From an uncultured Ruminococcus sp. (GTDB lineage: Bacteria > Bacillota > Clostridia > Oscillospirales > Ruminococcaceae): a stretch of DNA of 62,850 nucleotides. The notes under the pieces are model-generated. The model did not search any database. It worked only from the letters and a program-made list of their open reading frames with translations, and was not told the origin of the DNA. Numbering within the stretch: position 1 is the stretch's first letter; each line of letters opens with the position of its first letter. Position numbers and translations under genes: made by a program. Below are positions 57,965 to 62,850 of the stretch, piece after piece. The stretch covers positions 1 to 62,850 of the forward strand of contig CADBTD010000054.1 of NCBI GenBank assembly GCA_902797535.1. The letters are read 5' to 3'.

Positions 57965-59158
57965 TTAAAGAGCAAATTCCGCAATGGACTGCTCTATCCT
58001 GTCTTCAGACACAGGGATTATATCTATATCACTGCTTTCGCTCTGCATTTCCGATAGATTATTTGATCCGCAGAGAAGTACAGTATATCGTGCGGCAAGT
58101 CCTGATGATGACAGAACTGCCGATGCTTTGTCAGTGAATTCAGAGCATACAAGTATAAGGTGTCCGTATTTATTATTTGTTTCATCATAAGCCGCTGCTG
58201 CGATCGTACTCATATCAGGCTGAGATGCCATATGGCAGTTAAGAATAGCAGCAGATGCATCAAGAAGTGACTGATCATCGCTCACCTGCATTTCGCAAAG
58301 ATCTCCGCTCAGATCATCATAACAAGCAACTCTGTGTCTTTTTTCATTCTCCTGAAGAAGAGAAGAGAGGGAAAAAGACAGAGAAATAATAGTATCATAA
58401 GTATATGCAGGATCTTCTGAGAGCTCGCTTATATATGTATCCACAAGGATCAGAAAGTTGTCTGTCAGAGGCAGTGAGTAATCCTTTACCATAAGGTTAT
58501 CCGTTTTTGCTGTCAGCTTCCAGTGTATCCTTGTCATTCTGTCGCCGTCGGCATATTCTCTTATAGCAAATATTTCGGAAGGATCATCTCCGGGTTTGTC
58601 AGGAGAGAAAATGTCACTGTCGATGGATAGGTCATTATAATCAGCTATAGGATTAGTGAGTTCAAAGGCTTCGGGCATTATCATTACAGAATTATTGTCC
58701 TGATAGATATTTGCTTTTCGTACATTCATTCTTGTCAGCTTCAGCATATCGAAAAGCTTTACCTTTTTGACAGTACAGTTCACTGTTCCCAGATGTTCGC
58801 ATATAAAATTGGTTGAAAGATTCTGAACGTTATTGGGAAAGATGGGAGTATTTATTTTCAGTTGTTCGGTGTTTCTTGATGATGTGACTGTATAGTCAAT
58901 AGTGATCTCTGCACTTGGAACAGGTATCAGTGAACGGTTGTATATCATGATATTTACAGGCACAGCCTGTCCTATCGTTGAGGTTGTTCTGTCAATGTTT
59001 ACAACAAAGTTGAGCTTTGATCTTACATACAGGTTGAAAATAAAAAGTACGATAGGCATAAGCGTTAGAAACACAAGCATCATCAGCGACAGTACACCTT
59101 CATACAGAATGTAAAAAAACACCGATACGATCAAAAGTGTAATATATATAAATAGCAT
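57965..59158 (-). CDS. DUF58 domain protein
   Basis: Two N-terminal TM, IREYADGD-RIHWKLTAK, LMVKD. Confidence 0.9.
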   Translation of the reverse strand: MLFIYITLLIVSVFFYILYEGVLSLMMLVFLTLMPIVLFIFNLYVRSKLNFVVNIDRTTSTIGQAVPVNIMIYNRSLIPVPSAEITIDYTVTSSRNTEQLKINTPIFPNNVQNLSTNFICEHLGTVNCTVKKVKLFDMLKLTRMNVRKANIYQDNNSVMIMPEAFELTNPIADYNDLSIDSDIFSPDKPGDDPSEIFAIREYADGDRMTRIHWKLTAKTDNLMVKDYSLPLTDNFLILVDTYISELSEDPAYTYDTIISLSFSLSSLLQENEKRHRVACYDDLSGDLCEMQVSDDQSLLDASAAILNCHMASQPDMSTIAAAAYDETNNKYGHLILVCSEFTDKASAVLSSSGLAARYTVLLCGSNNLSEMQSESSDIDIIPVSEDRIEQSIAEFAL

Positions 59159-59168
59159 TGCTGTGTCC

Positions 59169-60137
59169 TCACACCCTGACTTTGGGTACAGGCACTGATT
59201 TAATAACTTCTGTCAAAACGTGGTTTACATCCTGTCCGTTGATCTTGGCTTTGGGATTAAGTATTATACGATGTCCGCATACTTCCTTGAAAGCATACAG
59301 AGTATCATCAGGCAGAACAAAATCTCTGCCGTTAAGAAGCGCTGTTGCTTTTGTCATTTTCATAAGAGCTATAGTGCCTCTGGGAGAAAGACCGAGTTTT
59401 ATAAACGGATGCTTTCTGGTAGCATTGGCAAGTGAAGCAACGTATTCAAATACCGGGTCTGAAACATATATGTCATCTGTTACAGCGACGGCTCTTGAAA
59501 CCATTGATGCTGAAGCAACGGGATTTACCTCATCCACTGACACCTGTCTGTGTTTTGATTTCAGCATTTCTATCTCATTTTCCAGAGAAGGGTAGCCCAT
59601 GGTAAGTCTTACGATGAATCTGTCCATCTGTGATTCGGGAAGCATCTGTGTTCCGATCGAACCGATAGGGTTCTGTGTAGCAATAACTATATAAGGATCG
59701 GGGAGATCATATGTAGTTCCGTCAACTGTAACTCTTCCTTCTTCCATTACTTCAAGAAGTGCCGACTGGGTCTTTGATGAAGTTCTGTTTATCTCATCAG
59801 CAAGGAAGAGATTGGTCATTGCAGCGCCCTTTTTATACTCGAACTTATTTGTATCTCTGTTGAGCACCATGAAACCGGTTATATCTGTAGGCAGTACATC
59901 AGGTGTGAACTGTACTCTTTTATAATCAAGCGAAAGTGCTTTTGATAATGCAAGCGCAAGTGTTGTTTTTCCTACGCCCGGAATATCTTCGATCAGTACA
60001 TGGCCGCCTGCAAGTATAGATAACAATACCTTAATAATGATGTCATCTTTTCCTATTATGACTTTTTTGATCTCTCTGATGACCTTATGGCACATATCAA
60101 GTACCTGTTTCTGTTCCGGTGAAAGTTCATTCTGCAT
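59169..60137 (-). CDS. MoxR-family AAA+ ATPase
   Basis: EDIPGVGKT, RVQFTPDVLP-DITG, LADEINR, TQSALLE, ATQNP, LPESQMDRF, SPRG. Confidence 0.95.
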   Translation of the reverse strand: MQNELSPEQKQVLDMCHKVIREIKKVIIGKDDIIIKVLLSILAGGHVLIEDIPGVGKTTLALALSKALSLDYKRVQFTPDVLPTDITGFMVLNRDTNKFEYKKGAAMTNLFLADEINRTSSKTQSALLEVMEEGRVTVDGTTYDLPDPYIVIATQNPIGSIGTQMLPESQMDRFIVRLTMGYPSLENEIEMLKSKHRQVSVDEVNPVASASMVSRAVAVTDDIYVSDPVFEYVASLANATRKHPFIKLGLSPRGTIALMKMTKATALLNGRDFVLPDDTLYAFKEVCGHRIILNPKAKINGQDVNHVLTEVIKSVPVPKVRV

Positions 60138-60179
60138 AGTTTTTTGTCTCCTTTTTCAGATATGATTACATACACTTTA

Positions 60180-60208
60180 ATTATATCATGCTTTTCGTGA
60201 AAAATCAA
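60180..60208 (-). promoter_or_regulatory. Sigma-A promoter for moxR operon
   Basis: Minus strand TTGATT-N17-TATAAT with TG extension. Confidence 0.7.
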
Positions 60209-60252
60209 TACGTTATACAGTGAAATTCTTATGGAACACTCATTTTTTTCAC

Positions 60253-60281
60253 GAATAATTGTATGTGTATATGCATATTAT
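60253..60281 (+). promoter_or_regulatory. Sigma-E-type promoter for spoIIIA
   Basis: GAATAAT-N14-CATATTAT; spoIIIA is sigma-E dependent in Bacillota. Confidence 0.6.
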
Positions 60282-60312
60282 TAGATAACTAAAAAATGAA
60301 AGGACATAAAAA

Positions 60313-61233
60313 ATGAAATCAAAGTTAAATGAAGCGCTGTCTGTACTGCCTGACAGACTTAAACGTTCGGTGTTATCATTGAACGAACGTGAGCAAATGG
60401 ATGTGAGTGAACTTAGGATGAGAAAAGGCAAATGGTTTTCTGCAGTGCTTTACGGCAAGGAGTATTTTATATGCAGTGATGGAAGGCTTATGACAGAATG
60501 CAGCGATGCTTGTAATGTTTTAGATGAAGATATTGCATTTACTTTCAGAAAAGCTTTCAATGGGTCTGTTCATGCATATCCTCGTGAGATGTCTGAAGGC
60601 TTTATAACAATTTGCGGAGGAAATCGTGTTGGTTTCTGTGGTACAGCCGTATTTGATGAGTCGGGTAAAAATATTGAAAGTACATCGAATATCTCATCAT
60701 TAAATATTCGTATATCCAAAGAGATCAAAGACTGCTCCGATCCGATATATTACAGGGTGTTTAAGGACGGCCTTTGTTCGGTGATCATATCATCTGCTCC
60801 TTGCGGCGGAAAGACTACAGTTATCCGTGATCTTGGCAGAAAACTATCTGAAGCATATAAGGTCTGCATCATAGATGAACGCGGAGAGATCGCTTCCGTA
60901 CACAATGGTATTCCACAGTGTGATGTTGGTGCAAGAACAGATGTATTCAACAGATATCCGAAAACAACGGCGATCATTACGGCAGTAAGAGCATTATCGC
61001 CCGATGTCATAATCTGTGATGAGATCGGACAGGCAGTTGAAATCGATGCATTAAGATATGCTTATACATCAGGAGTAAAGCTTATCTGTACTTGTCATGC
61101 ATCTGATATGAATGATCTGACAAGCAGACCCGTTGCGGGAAAGCTTATAAAAGAAAAAGCGTTTGATGCAGCAGTATTTCTTGGGACAGGCAGTATGTGC
61201 GGCAAGATCATATCAATTGATAAATTAAAATAA
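60313..61233 (+). CDS. spoIIIAA: Stage III sporulation protein AA
   Basis: ELRMR, GFITICGGNRVG, SSLNIRI, GKTT, DERGEIA, RALSPDVIICDEIG. Confidence 0.92.
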   Translation: MKSKLNEALSVLPDRLKRSVLSLNEREQMDVSELRMRKGKWFSAVLYGKEYFICSDGRLMTECSDACNVLDEDIAFTFRKAFNGSVHAYPREMSEGFITICGGNRVGFCGTAVFDESGKNIESTSNISSLNIRISKEIKDCSDPIYYRVFKDGLCSVIISSAPCGGKTTVIRDLGRKLSEAYKVCIIDERGEIASVHNGIPQCDVGARTDVFNRYPKTTAIITAVRALSPDVIICDEIGQAVEIDALRYAYTSGVKLICTCHASDMNDLTSRPVAGKLIKEKAFDAAVFLGTGSMCGKIISIDKLK

Positions 61234-61715
61234 TGAAGCTGACAGGTATTTTGATATTACTTATTTGTTCTGCATTGACCGGAGATCTTTTTGCTGCATA
61301 TTTCAAAGGAAAATACGAACTTCTCGCGGTCACTTCGAGATTTCTGCTGGAATGTGAACTGATCATGGATTATAAAGCACCTGCAGTTCCTGATATGCTG
61401 AATGATATAATGTCTTCAGGTATAAAACTGCCATATTTTATTGAAAAATGCAAAACTGACAGTGGTGCTGAAGATGTGATCAAGGTACTGTCTGCTGATA
61501 ACTGTTTTGATAGGAATGACCGAGAACGGCTGTGCGAGTTCTTCGCTTGCATTGGACAGTCTGACAAAAAAGGTGAAATAAAAAAGATATCATCTGTTCG
61601 TTCGTATTTTGATATCAGAGTACAAGAGGAAAGAGCAGTTACAGAAAGAAAGGTGCATCTTTTTCACATATTAGGTGTACTTGGCGGAGTATTTATCGCT
61701 GTAATGCTTGTATGA
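61233..61715 (+). CDS. spoIIIAB: Stage III sporulation protein AB
   Basis: Operon position, terminal TM segments, IGQSD, LGVLGG. Confidence 0.8.
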   Translation: MKLTGILILLICSALTGDLFAAYFKGKYELLAVTSRFLLECELIMDYKAPAVPDMLNDIMSSGIKLPYFIEKCKTDSGAEDVIKVLSADNCFDRNDRERLCEFFACIGQSDKKGEIKKISSVRSYFDIRVQEERAVTERKVHLFHILGVLGGVFIAVMLV

Positions 61716-61729
61716 TTCGGGAGAATAAA

Positions 61730-61924
61730 ATGGAAATTGAGCTGATCTTTAAAATAGCGGCAGTCGGAATGATAGTTGCAGTTCTTGTACAGCTGCTCAA
61801 ACGGTCTGAACGTGACGACCAGGCGATGATGACAGCGCTTGCCGGACTTATCGTTGTATTAATGATGATCGTTGAACGTATAGCTGTACTTTTTGATACG
61901 ATCAGGGCACTGTTTGGATTTTGA
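61730..61924 (+). CDS. spoIIIAC: Stage III sporulation protein AC
   Basis: MEIELIFKIAAVG...RDDQAMMTALAG...LFDTIRALF. Confidence 0.92.
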   Translation: MEIELIFKIAAVGMIVAVLVQLLKRSERDDQAMMTALAGLIVVLMMIVERIAVLFDTIRALFGF

Positions 61925-61926
61925 AA

Positions 61927-62316
61927 ATGGATGTTATTACTGTAATTCTTTTTTGTATAGCTTCGTCTGTTCTGATTAGTACTGTAGGTGTTTCCGGCAA
62001 TAATATCAAACTGCTTTGTTCGATCGCTGCTGCATCGCTTGTTGCAATAAGATTTCTATCTTCTCTTTCATATCTTACATATGAGATAAGGTCGGTAATA
62101 GATGTATCGGGGATCGATGACAGCTATTATCGTATTATGTTTAAATGTCTTGGTATATGCTTTATAACGCAGTTTGGATGTGATTGCTGCAGGGAACTTG
62201 GCGAGAACGCAATAGCAGACCAGCTATTATTATTTGGAAAAGTATCACTACTTATAACATCTCTTCCTCTGTACGGTGCTGCTGTGGACCTGATACGGTC
62301 ATTGATCCTGTTCTGA
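61927..62316 (+). CDS. spoIIIAD: Stage III sporulation protein AD
   Basis: KCLGICFITQF...CRELGENAIA...GKV...SLP. Confidence 0.85.
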   Translation: MDVITVILFCIASSVLISTVGVSGNNIKLLCSIAAASLVAIRFLSSLSYLTYEIRSVIDVSGIDDSYYRIMFKCLGICFITQFGCDCCRELGENAIADQLLLFGKVSLLITSLPLYGAAVDLIRSLILF

Positions 62317-62326
62317 TGGTGTTTGT

Positions 62327-62850
62327 ATGAAAAAAAGACTGATTTCTTTCTTGTTATGTATAGCTTTTGCTTCCGTTACATCTATTAAATGTTTTGCATA
62401 TGAGTCTATCGAAGACTATAAGATATCTTTGGATGAAAAAGTCGTATCTGCTTTAGGCGAAGATACCATAGAGGATCTTAATAACAATGGTTTTGAATAT
62501 TCTGACCTGGCAGAAATGCCGATCGATAAGCTGATAGATTATGTTTTTTGTTCTATAAAGGATCAGATGAGTTTTCCTTTGGTGATATTAGCAAAAGTTA
62601 CAGCAGTCCTGATAATCAACGCATTGGTCGAGAGTCTTACAGTAAAAGGCGAACTTTCAACGATTTTTGAAAGAATAGGAGTTCTTGGATGTTCCATAAT
62701 AGTTTTTGATGGTGTATTAAAGTCGTTTGACAGCATTTGCGGATATCTTTGGAACATTCAGGATATAATGCGTGCTTATATTCCGATATATGCAACAGTG
62801 ACCGCTGCATCAGGGGCATTCAGGGCGGGAGGAAGTTATTATGCCGGAAC
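62327..62850 (+). CDS. spoIIIAE: Stage III sporulation protein AE, 3' truncated by window edge
   Basis: Hand-read open frame MKKRLISFLLCIAFA...MRAYIPIYATVTAASG; fifth gene of the operon. Confidence 0.75.
   Translation, partial: MKKRLISFLLCIAFASVTSIKCFAYESIEDYKISLDEKVVSALGEDTIEDLNNNGFEYSDLAEMPIDKLIDYVFCSIKDQMSFPLVILAKVTAVLIINALVESLTVKGELSTIFERIGVLGCSIIVFDGVLKSFDSICGYLWNIQDIMRAYIPIYATVTAASGAFRAGGSYYAG

Noticed and set aside
1-62850. CRISPR arrays, IS elements, prophage, rRNA
   Set aside because: No regularly spaced direct repeats, transposase, integrase or phage genes, or rRNA-like sequence observed by eye

Overview
Core-genome window from an AT-rich, spore-forming Clostridia-class bacterium; gene content and order look Ruminococcus/Oscillospiraceae-like (inference). 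It holds trmFO-plsX-rnc-radical SAM-smc-ftsY-rdgB-yhbY-nadD-yqeK-rsfS-leuS, rpsU, a yqeG/Sm-like/endonuclease IV/2H cluster, aroQ-pepP-efp, an FMN riboswitch with ribU, GH31 alpha-xylosidase, comM/yifB, phosphoglucomutase, galE, rpsT/gpr, a DUF5685-like + J-domain + membrane + DedA operon, three tRNAs, MccF-like and AlkD-like genes, pgk-tpiA-gpmI-gpmA, a SCIFF ranthipeptide locus (scfA is absent from the ORF track), a MoxR-DUF58-transglutaminase triad and the start of spoIIIA. I saw no mobile element, prophage or CRISPR. Best leads: (1) a DUF5685-like protein with two isoprenoid-synthase-like Asp-rich motifs coupled to a J-domain protein ending in a cysteine string, a possible bacterial protein-lipidation module; (2) tandem gpmI/gpmA with DtxR/MntR-like palindromes before gpmA; (3) switch-like leaders upstream of rpsU, rpsT, yicI and an epimerase gene, plus a highly structured tpiA-gpmI spacer; (4) an FMN riboswitch with substituted core positions, a KMGKR LeuRS and a probably inactive VanY-like protein. 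All family calls come from motif recognition by eye; no searches were run.
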